Position numbers and translations under genes: made by a program. From the NCBI GenBank assembly GCA_913045225.1, contig CAJWPC010000005.1, positions 44,905 through 108,904 on the forward strand: a stretch of 64,000 bases of DNA. The letters run 5' to 3'. Every line of letters begins with the position of its first letter. Position 1 is the first letter of the stretch. The stretch is from an uncultured Rhodobiaceae bacterium (GTDB lineage: Bacteria > Pseudomonadota > Alphaproteobacteria > Rhizobiales > TMED25). The notes under the pieces were generated by a model. That model was not told where the DNA came from. It searched no databases and saw only the letters and a list, made by a program, of their open reading frames with translations. Below are positions 41,461 to 52,822 of this stretch, in pieces.

Positions 41461-42378
41461 ATGAAGCCAATTAAGATAGTAAAACTAGATACAAGCATAA
41501 ACTTTCTATCAAAGACAAAACTTTTTGTATCACTCTCATTGATCTTTATAATTGCATCTATATTTCTTTTATTCTCAAGAGGTTTAAATTTTGGCATTGA
41601 TTTCAATGGGGGGACGTTAATTGAGGTACAGAAGATTTCAGGAAATGCTGATGTTTCTGAAATGCGGGTGCGTTTAGGGCAACTTGATCTCGGTAATATA
41701 CAATTACAGGAGTTTGGAAAGAAAACTGATCTACTGATAAGAGTGGAGCAGTTGAGCGATGAAGAAGGGGCTCAGCAGGCAATAATTGCTAAAATTTCTG
41801 AGGTTGTGGTAGTGGATTACGAAATAAGGAGAATTGAGGTTGTTGGCCCAAAAGTATCTGCCGAGCTAATAAAAAAGGGTATTATTGCAGTTATATCAGC
41901 TGTTATTTCTGTTTTAATTTATATTTGGTTTAGATTTGAATGGCAATTCGGTATCGGGGCAATATGCGCTCTTGTCCATGATATTATTATAACGATTGGT
42001 GTATTTTCTCTATTGCAGTTAGAGTTTAATTTATCGATTATAGCCGCCCTGCTTACAATTGTTGGGTATTCGCTTAACGATACGGTTGTAATATATGATA
42101 GAATACGGGAAGAGCTTCGCAAATATAAAAAAATGCCAATAATGGAGCTAATTAACCAAGCTTTGAATTTAACTCTATCGAGAACTCTAATGACTTCTAT
42201 AACAACTCTTCTTGCCCTATTTTCACTGTATTTGTTTGGTGGGGAGGTTATTAAGGGCTTTACATTTGCAATGATATGGGGAGTCCTTATTGGTACTTAT
42301 TCCTCAATATTTATTGCTTCACCAATCCTAATTGGTTTGAATATTAAACGCGATTGGTCAAAAAAGAATGAAGAATAG
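41461..42378 (+). CDS. secF: Protein translocase subunit SecF
   Basis: GIDFNGG, VGPKV, GYSLNDTVVIYDRIRE, GTYSSIFIA. Confidence 0.96.
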   Translation: MKPIKIVKLDTSINFLSKTKLFVSLSLIFIIASIFLLFSRGLNFGIDFNGGTLIEVQKISGNADVSEMRVRLGQLDLGNIQLQEFGKKTDLLIRVEQLSDEEGAQQAIIAKISEVVVVDYEIRRIEVVGPKVSAELIKKGIIAVISAVISVLIYIWFRFEWQFGIGAICALVHDIIITIGVFSLLQLEFNLSIIAALLTIVGYSLNDTVVIYDRIREELRKYKKMPIMELINQALNLTLSRTLMTSITTLLALFSLYLFGGEVIKGFTFAMIWGVLIGTYSSIFIASPILIGLNIKRDWSKKNEE

Positions 42379-42379
42379 T

Positions 42380-43741
42380 CTACACAAAAGAAGAATTGAG
42401 CCATTTATTTAAATCACTTTCTGCTCGCTGCGAAATCCTAATTTTTTTCTCCATATCTCTAATTCTTTTTGGCTTCTTCCTGATATCCCTGATATCCATA
42501 TTCTCAAAAAGTCCAAAATTTATATTCATTGGCTGAAAATCTTTCACATGATCCTTGCGTGTAATATAGCTTATTAGACTACCCATGGCTGTTGTTTTCG
42601 GTGGTGGTCTTTGCTCTCTCACTTTTAACTTGTTATACATTAATAGTCCCGACAATAATCCTGTGGAAGCAGACTCAACGTATCCCTCTACTCCTGTGAT
42701 CTGTCCTGCAAACTTGATCCTCTGATCTGAGATAAGACTCAAGTCACTTGATAATAGTTTTGGGCTATTAATATATGTATTTCTGTGTATACCGCCTAAT
42801 CTTGCAAATCTAGCATCGCAAAGCCCGGGGATTTTTCTAAAAATATCTGTTTGATGGCCATATTTTATTTTCGTTTGAAATCCCACCATATTATATAATT
42901 GACCAGAGATGTCATCCTGCCTCAACTGGATAACTGCATATGGTTCATTACCATCCTTATGAGGATTATTTAAGCCAAAAGGTTTCATTGGCCCATGACG
43001 AAGTGTTTGTGGCCCACTCCTTGCAATGACCTCAATTGGAAGGCACGAATCAAAGTATGGTGTATCTTTTTCCCATTCATTAAAGCTTGCCTTATCTGCT
43101 TCAATCAACTCATCAACAAATTGATGGTATTGCTCCTCATTTAATGGGCAATTAATATAATCATTTAGAGATCCTGATGGCCCTACCTTGTTATATCGCG
43201 ATTGAAACCAAGCTGCTGACATATCAATGGAGTCTGTATAAACAATCGGCGCAATAGCGTCAAAAAAAAATAAAGAGTCATCCGAACTCTTTTTGAGAAT
43301 AAACTCTGATAGAGCCTCTGATGTGAGGGGGCCGGTTGCAATAATTATGTTTTCCCAATCATCCGGAATATTTATTACCTCTTTCTGGATAACATTGATA
43401 TTTTGATGGTTACGTATACAGTTAGTAACTCTCGCGGAAAATAAGTTTCTATCGACAGCAAGGGCTGATCCAGCTGGTACTTTATGCTCATCCGCGGCCT
43501 TCATTATAAGTGACCCACAAATTCTGAGCTCTTCGTGTAATATTCCAACCGCATTTGAGAGCTTGTCATCAGAGCGAAAAGAGTTTGAGCAAACTAATTC
43601 AGCAAGTCCCTGGGTTTGATGTGCAGGAGTACACTTTTCAGGTCTCATTTCGTAGAGATCTACTTTTATATTACGTTCCGCTAATTGCCATGCAGCTTCG
43701 CAACCAGCTAGCCCTCCACCTATTATTTTAACTTGTGTCAT
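42380..43741 (-). CDS. trmFO: Folate/FAD-dependent tRNA m5U54 methyltransferase
   Basis: IIGGGLAGCEAAWQ, AELVCSNS, FFDAIAP, NMVGFQT, AGQITGVEGY. Confidence 0.95.
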   Translation of the reverse strand: MTQVKIIGGGLAGCEAAWQLAERNIKVDLYEMRPEKCTPAHQTQGLAELVCSNSFRSDDKLSNAVGILHEELRICGSLIMKAADEHKVPAGSALAVDRNLFSARVTNCIRNHQNINVIQKEVINIPDDWENIIIATGPLTSEALSEFILKKSSDDSLFFFDAIAPIVYTDSIDMSAAWFQSRYNKVGPSGSLNDYINCPLNEEQYHQFVDELIEADKASFNEWEKDTPYFDSCLPIEVIARSGPQTLRHGPMKPFGLNNPHKDGNEPYAVIQLRQDDISGQLYNMVGFQTKIKYGHQTDIFRKIPGLCDARFARLGGIHRNTYINSPKLLSSDLSLISDQRIKFAGQITGVEGYVESASTGLLSGLLMYNKLKVREQRPPPKTTAMGSLISYITRKDHVKDFQPMNINFGLFENMDIRDIRKKPKRIRDMEKKIRISQRAESDLNKWLNSSFV

Positions 43742-43785
43742 CGCGAATCTTAATTAAATAATATTTAAGTCTTTTATATTACATT

Positions 43786-44466
43786 ATGAGTATGAATAAA
43801 TATTTTTTATTAATTTTTTACCTCTTGCTTCCATTATTAATGGTTTCTTGTACTACAAGTTATTCACCCATGAACACCAAATACCCTGACCTCAATAGCT
43901 ATATGTCTGATATGAGTATTGTTGCAGATGATGATTCGGACGTTGTGGTTTGTTCAGGATATAATTGCAATTTTAAAACTCACATAAAATTCACCGATAG
44001 TGACCGTGAAACGATACATAAAATATTTAAAAGTAGAGATTTTCGAACACCATATGAGGAAAGACAGATGATAGCTACTGCTGTTGCAACAATTGAGACA
44101 GTTGTTGGACCTATAGTCGGAACGGAGAATGATAAGGGGGGCGTCCTTGAAAACGAATTTATTGGTAATATTGAAAAGCAAGATTGCGTTGATGAGTCCG
44201 CATCAACAACAAGTTATCTGAAGTATTTTCAGGACAATGAGCTAATATTTATGCATTCGGTTGTTGTGCCACAATCAAGGGGAGCGTTAATAGACGGACG
44301 CTGGCCACACTTCAGCGCAACAATAAGAGATAAAAAAAATAAGAAGCAGTTTGTCATAGACTCATGGTTTAGAGATAATGGCGAACCTCCAGTTGTTATG
44401 GAGCTTCAAGATTGGGTTTATGATTGGAGAAGGGCAAATGAAGTTCAAAATGAAGAGCTCAACTAG
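43786..44466 (+). CDS. Conserved hypothetical lipoprotein with a putative Cys-His-Asp (transglutaminase-like) triad
   Basis: Lipobox LMVSC; QDCVDES...PHFSA...VIDSW. Confidence 0.7.
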   Translation: MSMNKYFLLIFYLLLPLLMVSCTTSYSPMNTKYPDLNSYMSDMSIVADDDSDVVVCSGYNCNFKTHIKFTDSDRETIHKIFKSRDFRTPYEERQMIATAVATIETVVGPIVGTENDKGGVLENEFIGNIEKQDCVDESASTTSYLKYFQDNELIFMHSVVVPQSRGALIDGRWPHFSATIRDKKNKKQFVIDSWFRDNGEPPVVMELQDWVYDWRRANEVQNEELN

Positions 44467-47336
44467 TTAGTATTTCTTTTAAAAATCTTCCTGTGTGGCT
44501 CACTTTTTGTTTAGCAATATGCTCTGGTGTCCCTTCTGCTATAATTTTACCTCCATGATCCCCGCCTTCGGGGCCCATATCTATAATCCAGTCTGCACTT
44601 TTGATTACATCTAAATTATGTTCGATTACCAAGACGCTGTTTCCCTTATCTACTAACTCATTTAGTATCTTTATTAACTTTTGGACATCATGAAAATGTA
44701 AGCCAGTTGTTGGTTCATCTAAAATATAGAGGGTATTACCTTTTGGCTTTCTAGACAATTCCTTCGAGAGTTTTATTCTTTGGGCTTCGCCACCAGATAA
44801 TGTTGTTGCAGATTGACCAATCTTTATGTAGTCCAGCCCTACAGCTTGGAGCATCATTAGCTTATCCCGAATTGCCGGAATTGCCCTGAAGAACTCCACT
44901 GCCTCAAAAACGGTCATGTCTAAAACATCTGATATATTTTTATCTTTATACCTAACTTCCAAGGTTTCTCGGTTATATCTTTTTCCGCTACAAACATCAC
45001 AAGTCACATACACATCGGAAAGAAAGTGCATCTCAACCTTGATAAGTCCATCACCCTCGCAATTTTCGCATCTTCCACCTTTAACATTAAAAGAAAACCT
45101 ACCAGGCTTGTAACCTCTCGTCTTTGATTCTGGAAGGCTAGCAAACCAATCACGTATTGGAGTAAAAGTACCTGTATACGTTACTGGATTTGATCTTGGT
45201 GTACGACCAATCGGTGATTGATTGATCTCAATAATTTTATCGATATGTTCATCACCAATGATTTTACTATAATTATCAAAAATCATACCCGCTCGAGAGA
45301 GTTTTGAATTTAGACCTTGAAATAATATATTATTGATAAGCGTGGATTTACCAGATCCTGATACGCCAGTTATACATAGTAGTAAACCGAGTGGAAAATC
45401 TGCATCTATTCCCTTTATATTATTTTCTTTAGCGTCACTTATTCTCAATGTTGCCGTTTTTTTTCGTCTTGCTTTTGGAATATCTATAAAAAGTTTTTTG
45501 CTTAAATATTTTCCCGTGATTGATTTGTTATTTTTTTCAATGTCTTTTAAGGAGCCCTTCGCAACAATATCACCGCCATTAACTCCTGCTCCCGGTCCTA
45601 TATCGACTATAAAATCAGCAGCTCGCATTGCCTCCTCGTCGTGCTCAACAATTATAACAGTATTACCAAGATCTCTGAGTGATGATAATGTGTGAAGTAA
45701 TCTTCCATTATCCCTTTGGTGCAAACCAATCGATGGCTCGTCAAGTACATAAATCACACCGGTAAGTTTTGAACCAATTTGACTTGCCAATCTTATCCTT
45801 TGAGCTTCACCACCTGATAATGTACCAGAAGACCTAGCAAGAGTTAGGTAATCAAGCCCCACTTCATTCAGAAAGCTGAGCCGATCGAAAATCTCTTTGA
45901 GTATCGGAGTTGCAATTGTCTTCTTATTGTCAGTGAGCCTATCAGCAATGTTTGATATCCAATCTTTTGCATCCTTAATTGACATAGCAGTGAGGATGCT
46001 AATATCGATGTTGTCTATTTTCACACATAAAGCGTTTTCATTGAGGCGCTTACCATTACAATCACTGCAGGGCTGCAGCGATTGATATCTAAATAATTCT
46101 CGAAATTTATACCTAGATTTAACCTGCTTTATTGCCTGATTAATCATTGGTATTATACCGTCGAATGGTTTTAGAAAATTTAGGTCATCAATACCACCTC
46201 TTTTTGTAAATTCAATATTTTTTTTTGAGCCATAAAGAATTATATCTTTGATTTCTTTATCGATAGTTTTCCATGGTGATGATAAGCTAAATCCATATTC
46301 TTGAAGAAGCGGTTCCAACATGTCAGATATAAGAGATGTATTAAGATTTCTCCATGGCTTTATCGCGCCGTCAATGATTGATAGCCCCTCATCAGGAACG
46401 ATTTTTTTTGGATCTGCAGAGTATATATTTCCGATGCCATCGCAGCCTTTGCATGCACCAATTGGGCTATTGAATGAGAAAAGCCTTGGTTCAATTTCTC
46501 CAATGCTAAATCCTGATACTGGACATGCAAATTTAGTTGAAAATACTAATCGCTCATGTGTATCATTTTTAGACTTATTAATTTTTTTTTCGTTAGTAAT
46601 TTGATTATCAGCAAACTCCACAATCAAAAGTGATCCCGAATACTGAAGCGCTGTTTCGATTGAGTCTGCAAGTCTGACAGGATCTATTGATCCACTGATC
46701 AATCTATCTATGACTATATCTATGTCATGCTTGAAATTCTTTTCTAGTTTTGGAACTTTATCAATTGTGTAGAAATTTCCATCGACTTTGACCCTTTGAA
46801 AGCCATCTTTTCTGATTTTCTGAAATTCAGTCTGAAATTCACCTTTTTTTTCTTTTGCAATTGGTGCAAGCAAAATAATTTTTTGACCATCCTCCAATTT
46901 CATTATTCTATCAACCATATTTGAAACTGTTTGAGCCTCAATTGGCAGTCCTGTTGCAGGTGAGTATGGCGTTCCTACCCTCGCATATAACACGCGTAAG
47001 TAATCGTATATTTCTGTGACGGTACCAACCGTAGATCTGGGGTTCCTGGAAGTTGTTTTTTGTTCTATTGATATTGAGGGTGACAACCCCTCTATGCTCT
47101 CTACTTTGGGCTTATCCATCATTTCAAGAAATTGCCTTGCATAAGAAGATAGGCTTTCTACATACCTTCTTTGGCCCTCTGCATAGATGGTGTCAAATGC
47201 TAAACTTGACTTGCCAGAACCCGATAGTCCCGTAAAAAGAATTAACTTTTCCTTCGGTATTTCTAAGGAAATATCTTTAAGGTTGTGTTCTGAAGCTTTA
47301 ACAATTTTTATGAATTTATTGATTTTTTTACTGCAT
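44459..47336 (-). CDS. uvrA: Excinuclease ABC subunit A; start anomalous (see findings)
   Basis: The frame continues upstream of 47122 through ASEHNLK and [25 protein letters not shown]; two LSGGEAQRI signatures; Zn fingers. Confidence 0.93.
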
Positions 47337-47435
47337 TCTTTGTTTAGGTTTCAACAATATAATAATTTAATCATTAATATTAAATATAAAAGTGTTGAAA
47401 TTCATATTATATTAAAAACAACAGGAGTTTTTGAT

Positions 47436-47906
47436 ATGGCTGGTAGCTTAAATAAGGTAACATTAATCGGTAATCTCGGAGCTGACCCTGAAGTTAGAAC
47501 GATGGGAAATGGTAAGAAAGTCGCAACCTTTAGCCTTGCAACAACAGAAAATTGGACAGATAAATCAACAAATGAACGCAAGGAAAGCACAGAATGGCAT
47601 CGCATAGTTGTATTTAACGAAGTGTTGTTGAGAGTTGTTGAAGACTATGTAAAAAAAGGATCAAAGCTCTATCTCGAGGGCAATCTGCAGACAAGAAAGT
47701 GGCAGGATCAATCGGGGCAAGATAGGTATACGACAGAAATAGTCGTACAAAATTTTAGAGGTACACTCATCTTATTGGACAGCCGAGGTGACTCAACTCC
47801 GTCAATCCCAAATGATCGCCCTGAACCACTGGGTCAATCTAATCCAGAAGTCGCCCAAACCACCGAGGCGATTGCTGATGAATTCGATGATGAAATTCCA
47901 TTCTAG
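47436..47906 (+). CDS. ssb: Single-stranded DNA-binding protein
   Basis: [26 protein letters not shown]-terminal DDEIPF; AGGAG SD before ATG 47436. Confidence 0.96.
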   Translation: MAGSLNKVTLIGNLGADPEVRTMGNGKKVATFSLATTENWTDKSTNERKESTEWHRIVVFNEVLLRVVEDYVKKGSKLYLEGNLQTRKWQDQSGQDRYTTEIVVQNFRGTLILLDSRGDSTPSIPNDRPEPLGQSNPEVAQTTEAIADEFDDEIPF

Positions 47907-48017
47907 ATTACTTTTATCTTCAACAGAAAGATGCCCAACTCCAAATTAAAATATTCTATCAAGCTTTATAAACTGTTAAAATAATAGTTATAAACGATTC
48001 GGGATTTTTAAAGTAAA

Positions 48018-50741
48018 TTGTCAGAAAACGAAAACGATAAATCAAAAGATGTAGGCTCAGGTATTTTACCCGTTACAATAGAAAACGAAATGAGCTCATC
48101 ATACCTCGATTACGCAATGAGCGTGATTGTATCAAGGGCTATTCCAGATGTCAGAGACGGTCTAAAACCAGTACATAGAAGAATACTTTACTCAATGAGT
48201 CAGATGGGGTTAGATTTCAACAAACCCTACAGAAAGTCCGCTCGAGTAGTTGGTGATGTTATTGGTAAGTATCACCCTCATGGTGACTCTGCCGTTTATG
48301 AGTCTTTGGTTAGAATGGCTCAATCATTTTCGATGATGGCACCTCTTATTGAAGGGCAGGGTAATTTCGGTTCAGTTGATGGCGATCGTCCAGCAGCAAT
48401 GAGATATACAGAGTGCAGGCTTGAAAAAATAACTACGCTGATGCTGGATGATATCGATAAAGATTGTATAGAATATCAAGAAAATTACGACGGTTCAGAG
48501 AATGAGCCCGCTGTTCTACCCTCGAAATTTCCAAATCTTCTCATCAATGGCGCAGGTGGTATAGCGGTGGGTATGGCAACTAATATCCCGCCTCACAACT
48601 TATCTGAAGTAATTGATGGGTGTGTGGCAATCCTAAATAATCCATCCACGACAGAGGATGAGCTCAATGAAATTATTCCAGGACCAGATTTTCCAACTGG
48701 AGGATTGATTATTGGAAGAAATGGAATAAGATCAGCGCAGCAAACAGGTAGGGGGTCAGTGATACTGAGGGGTAGAGCAGAAATTGAAGAAAAAAATAAC
48801 AGAAGCTCTATTATTATATCGGAAATACCATATCAGGTAAATAAGTCTAGCCTTATTGAAAAAATTGCAGAAGTTGTAAGGGATAAAAGAGTTGAAGGAA
48901 TTTCTGATATTCGGGACATATCTGACAGGCATGGCATAAGGGTGGTTATAGAGCTAAAAAAAGATGCTGAAGCTGATGTTATATTAAACCAATTGTACAA
49001 GTTCACACCTCTTCAATCGTCATTTGGTTGCAATATGGTTTGCCTGAATTCGGGAAAACCTGAATTACTATCAATCAGACAAATAATAGATGCTTTCTTA
49101 GAATTCCGAGTAGACATTGTAGTAAAAAGATCAACCTATCTACTAAATAAATCACGGGATAGGGCGCATGTTCTTGTTGGCTTGGCAATAGCAATAGCAA
49201 ATATCGATGAGATTATTAAAGTTATAAGATCATCGCCTGATCCAGCGACTGCCCGTGACTACATGCTTAAGAAAAAATGGATACCAAAAAATGTTGAGTC
49301 GCTCATAAAGCTTATTGACGACCCTCGGCATAAGATTGCAAAAGATGGTACATATATGTTATCTACCGAACAAGTCCAAGCAATATTAGATTTGCGATTG
49401 CAGCGGCTGACTGCAATTGGACGAGACGAAATTGAGAAAGAGCTAAATTCTATTGGTGAGCAGATAAAAGAGTATCTCGAAATACTTACAAACCGAAAGG
49501 TATTAGATAACCTGATCGAGGGGGAACTAATAGAGGCAAAAGAGTCATTTGGAGTCCCAAGGAGAACGGAAATAACAGATCTTGAGTTGGATGTGGATGA
49601 CGAAGATCTTATACCAAAGCAGGATGTCGTTGTTACTGTCAGTCACAAAGGATATATAAAAAGAGTTCCATTATCTACTTACAGGAGCCAGCGAAGAGGT
49701 GGCAAGGGTCGTGCGGGTATGAGTACAAGAGACGAGGATTTTGTAACGCAAATCTTTGTTGAAAATACACATACCCCAATACTTTTCTTCTCTTCAACAG
49801 GTATTGTATACAAAATGAAGGTTTGGAAACTGCCTCAAGGCACCCCGCAATCAAAGGGAAAAGCAATGATAAATTTATTACCATTGAGCGAAGGTGAGAA
49901 CATCACGACAATAATGCCATTACCTGAAAATGAAAGGGAATGGGAAAATTTATATATAATGTTCACAACTGAAAAGGGTAATGTCAGGAAGAACAAGCTA
50001 AGCGATTTTGTAGATGTCCGGGCAAATGGTAAAATAGCAATGAAATTACAGGATAAGGATGAAATAAAAACAGTTGAAACGTGTACGGACGATGACGATT
50101 TATTAATAACAACTCTCAAAGGGCAATGTATTAGGTTCCGAGCTTCAGATGTTAGACTATTTGTTGGAAGGTCTTCAACTGGCGTGAGGGGTATCAGACT
50201 CGCGCAAGATGACAGGGTCATATCATCTGCCATTATTAAATCAATGAGTGCCACAACTGAAGAAAGGGCCGCATACCTCAAAATGAGTAGGGCTGTTCGT
50301 GGTGACATAGACTCTGAAAATGATGAAAATGAGGAAAACGTCGAAAATATAACTCCAGCAATTTTATCTGATGAAAAGTATGCTGAAATGGGTGCATCTG
50401 AGCAGTTTGTTTTATCTATATCTAACAATGGTTACGGGAAGAGGACTTCAACATTTGAGTACAGAGTCACCGGAAGAGGGGGCAAAGGCATTATTGCTAT
50501 GGTAGTAAATGATCGAAACGGGAACATTGCAGACTCATTCCCGGTTGACTCCACAAATCAAATTATACTTGTAACAAATAATGGAAAATTAATAAGATGC
50601 CCAGTTGACGATATTAGAATTGCTTCGAGATCAACACAGGGCGTCAAGATATTTGATGTAGATGACCAAGAGCAGGTAGTTTCTGTGGAGCGCTTAGGTG
50701 ATCTTGAATCAGACGAAGACGATGGAGCCGATGATGAATAG
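48018..50741 (+). CDS. gyrA: DNA gyrase subunit A
   Basis: [22 protein letters not shown], GyrA box QRRGGKG; TTG start. Confidence 0.97.
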   Translation: MSENENDKSKDVGSGILPVTIENEMSSSYLDYAMSVIVSRAIPDVRDGLKPVHRRILYSMSQMGLDFNKPYRKSARVVGDVIGKYHPHGDSAVYESLVRMAQSFSMMAPLIEGQGNFGSVDGDRPAAMRYTECRLEKITTLMLDDIDKDCIEYQENYDGSENEPAVLPSKFPNLLINGAGGIAVGMATNIPPHNLSEVIDGCVAILNNPSTTEDELNEIIPGPDFPTGGLIIGRNGIRSAQQTGRGSVILRGRAEIEEKNNRSSIIISEIPYQVNKSSLIEKIAEVVRDKRVEGISDIRDISDRHGIRVVIELKKDAEADVILNQLYKFTPLQSSFGCNMVCLNSGKPELLSIRQIIDAFLEFRVDIVVKRSTYLLNKSRDRAHVLVGLAIAIANIDEIIKVIRSSPDPATARDYMLKKKWIPKNVESLIKLIDDPRHKIAKDGTYMLSTEQVQAILDLRLQRLTAIGRDEIEKELNSIGEQIKEYLEILTNRKVLDNLIEGELIEAKESFGVPRRTEITDLELDVDDEDLIPKQDVVVTVSHKGYIKRVPLSTYRSQRRGGKGRAGMSTRDEDFVTQIFVENTHTPILFFSSTGIVYKMKVWKLPQGTPQSKGKAMINLLPLSEGENITTIMPLPENEREWENLYIMFTTEKGNVRKNKLSDFVDVRANGKIAMKLQDKDEIKTVETCTDDDDLLITTLKGQCIRFRASDVRLFVGRSSTGVRGIRLAQDDRVISSAIIKSMSATTEERAAYLKMSRAVRGDIDSENDENEENVENITPAILSDEKYAEMGASEQFVLSISNNGYGKRTSTFEYRVTGRGGKGIIAMVVNDRNGNIADSFPVDSTNQIILVTNNGKLIRCPVDDIRIASRSTQGVKIFDVDDQEQVVSVERLGDLESDEDDGADDE

Positions 50742-51234
50742 ATGTTTTTTCCCTGGGTCTTTTGATCCTTTTACTTTTGGACATAAGAATATTATTGAAA
50801 AAGTATCAGTGGTTTCAGAACATATAATAATTGGGATTGGTCAGCATCACGAAAAAAAATCTCTAATAAATATTAATACAAGGGAATCTTTGTTAAATGA
50901 GTCAATTAAATCTATAGTGGCACCAAATACAAAAATTGATGTAATTATTTTTGATAGCCTTCTGGTACAGGCAGCAAAGGATAATCAATGCAATATAATT
51001 ATACGTGGTCTAAGAGATACATCGGATCTCAATTATGAATTACGGATGTACAATACAAACAGGAAAATCGAACCTAATATTGAGACATTATTTATACCGA
51101 CAGATAATGACCTAAATCATATTTCATCAAGCTTAGTGAAGCAAATTTATAAACTTGGTGGTTCAATTGATTCTTTAGTACCAGATAACATAAATAAATA
51201 CTTGATAAAGAACATCAATTCCATTACCAAATAA
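50731..51234 (+). CDS. coaD: Phosphopantetheine adenylyltransferase
   Basis: FPGSFDPFTFGH, IIRGLR, ISSSLVK; start at 50731 or 50734. Confidence 0.94.
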   Translation: MMNRCFFPGSFDPFTFGHKNIIEKVSVVSEHIIIGIGQHHEKKSLININTRESLLNESIKSIVAPNTKIDVIIFDSLLVQAAKDNQCNIIIRGLRDTSDLNYELRMYNTNRKIEPNIETLFIPTDNDLNHISSSLVKQIYKLGGSIDSLVPDNINKYLIKNINSITK

Positions 51235-51238
51235 AATT

Positions 51239-51757
51239 ATGTTTATAAAGAAATTTCTGATATTAATAACCTTAATTATATTTACTGGAGTCTCAATGGC
51301 AGAAAATACAAAAGAAAAATTATTAATTGAACTATCGCATGGTGATGTAATAATTGAATTACACAGTGATATTGCGCCATTGCATGTTGAGCAAATAAAG
51401 ACATTAGCCAAAGATGGTTTTTATGATGGGATAATATTTCATCGAGTTATAGACGGTTTTATGGCACAAACAGGGGACCCAACCGGGACTGGTATGGGTG
51501 GTTCTGATTACCCAAATCTAAAAGCTGAATTTTCCAATAAACCATTTGATAGAGGTACCGTTGGGATGGCAAGGTCAAGTAATCCAAACAGTGCGAATAG
51601 TCAGTTTTTTATTTGCTTCCAACCTGCGCCTTTTCTCAATCAACAATACACCGTTTGGGGTACTGTTATAGAAGGAATGGAAAATGTCGATAAGATAGCT
51701 CGAGGTGAGCCACCGGCAAACCCTGACTCTATGATCAAAGTGACAGTAATAGAGTAA
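51239..51757 (+). CDS. Cyclophilin-type peptidyl-prolyl isomerase with signal peptide
   Basis: FHRVIDGFMAQTGDP, GMARS, SANSQFFI, YTVWG. Confidence 0.93.
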   Translation: MFIKKFLILITLIIFTGVSMAENTKEKLLIELSHGDVIIELHSDIAPLHVEQIKTLAKDGFYDGIIFHRVIDGFMAQTGDPTGTGMGGSDYPNLKAEFSNKPFDRGTVGMARSSNPNSANSQFFICFQPAPFLNQQYTVWGTVIEGMENVDKIARGEPPANPDSMIKVTVIE

Positions 51758-51766
51758 CGCAGTATT

Positions 51767-52822
51767 GTGGAAATTGGGTTATTTGACTTCCAGCTAGACA
51801 AGAGTAAGATAGCTCTTGTACCAGCAAACCCGAGAGATCATTCCAAGTTAATGATCTTAGACTCATCTAGGAAAATCACTCATAAATATTTTTATGATCT
51901 TCCCGATCTTTTGAGTCCAAAAGATGTAATTGTTATAAATGATACCAAAGTCATTCCAACGTATTTTGAAATAAAAAGATGGAGAAAAGGTAACACTTCA
52001 AATATCAGATTAAACATCATTAGACAATTAGATGATGGTGATTGGGTAATATTAGCAAAGCCAAAGAAACGACTTAAAATAACGGATAAATTGATATTTT
52101 CTGACAAAGATCATGTGTCAGCTGATGTAGTCGGATTTGAAGATGAGCATGTTAAAATAAGGTTCAATCAAAATATGGATATGATGGCCTGGATAGAGAG
52201 CAATGGAAAATTACCACTACCACCTTACATCACGGCTCAACGTGAGCTTAGAGATGAGGATAAAGAGTCTTATCAAACAGTTTATGCTGAGCATGCCGGT
52301 TCTGCAGCAGCTCCGACTGCTGGACTGCATTTTACTAAAAAATTATTAGATAGTATTCAGGCGAAAGGTATCCGTATTTGCAATGTAATATTGCATGTTG
52401 GGTCGGGTACATTTTCACCAATCAAAACAGATAATATTTTAGATCATAAAATTCATTCAGAGTGGTGCCATTTAGATTCTCAGGCGGCTAATTTATTAAA
52501 TCAAACAAGGGCTGCTGGAGGTAACATTATAGCTGTTGGAACTACAAGCATGAGAATATTAGAGTCTGCTGTCGATGGCACAGGTAAATTTAGTGAGTAC
52601 AAGGGTGAAACCGACATCTATATTAAGCCGGGACACAAGTTTAGAGCGGCAGATGCTATGATTACAAACTTTCACTTACCTAAATCGTCTCTATTTGTTT
52701 TAGTTTGCGCATACTACGGAATAGATGATATGCAAAAAGCTTATGTATCCGCCATGGAAAATAATTATAGATTTTATTCGTATGGGGATGCTTGTTTAAT
52801 ATATGGTGATTTAAGTGTTTAA
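51767..52822 (+). CDS. queA: S-adenosylmethionine:tRNA ribosyltransferase-isomerase
   Basis: NDTKVIP, LPLPPYI, YQTVYA, AAPTAGLHF, TNFHLPKSSL, FYSYGDA. Confidence 0.96.
   Translation: MEIGLFDFQLDKSKIALVPANPRDHSKLMILDSSRKITHKYFYDLPDLLSPKDVIVINDTKVIPTYFEIKRWRKGNTSNIRLNIIRQLDDGDWVILAKPKKRLKITDKLIFSDKDHVSADVVGFEDEHVKIRFNQNMDMMAWIESNGKLPLPPYITAQRELRDEDKESYQTVYAEHAGSAAAPTAGLHFTKKLLDSIQAKGIRICNVILHVGSGTFSPIKTDNILDHKIHSEWCHLDSQAANLLNQTRAAGGNIIAVGTTSMRILESAVDGTGKFSEYKGETDIYIKPGHKFRAADAMITNFHLPKSSLFVLVCAYYGIDDMQKAYVSAMENNYRFYSYGDACLIYGDLSV

Noticed and set aside
47187-47435. Apparent 83-aa N-terminal extension of SSB
   Set aside because: It is antisense to the uvrA 5' end; the real start is ATG 47436 after AGGAG
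49835-50428. 197-aa antisense ORF within gyrA, and the other short antisense ORFs in the track
   Set aside because: Mirror-frame shadows of conserved genes with no motifs or SD support
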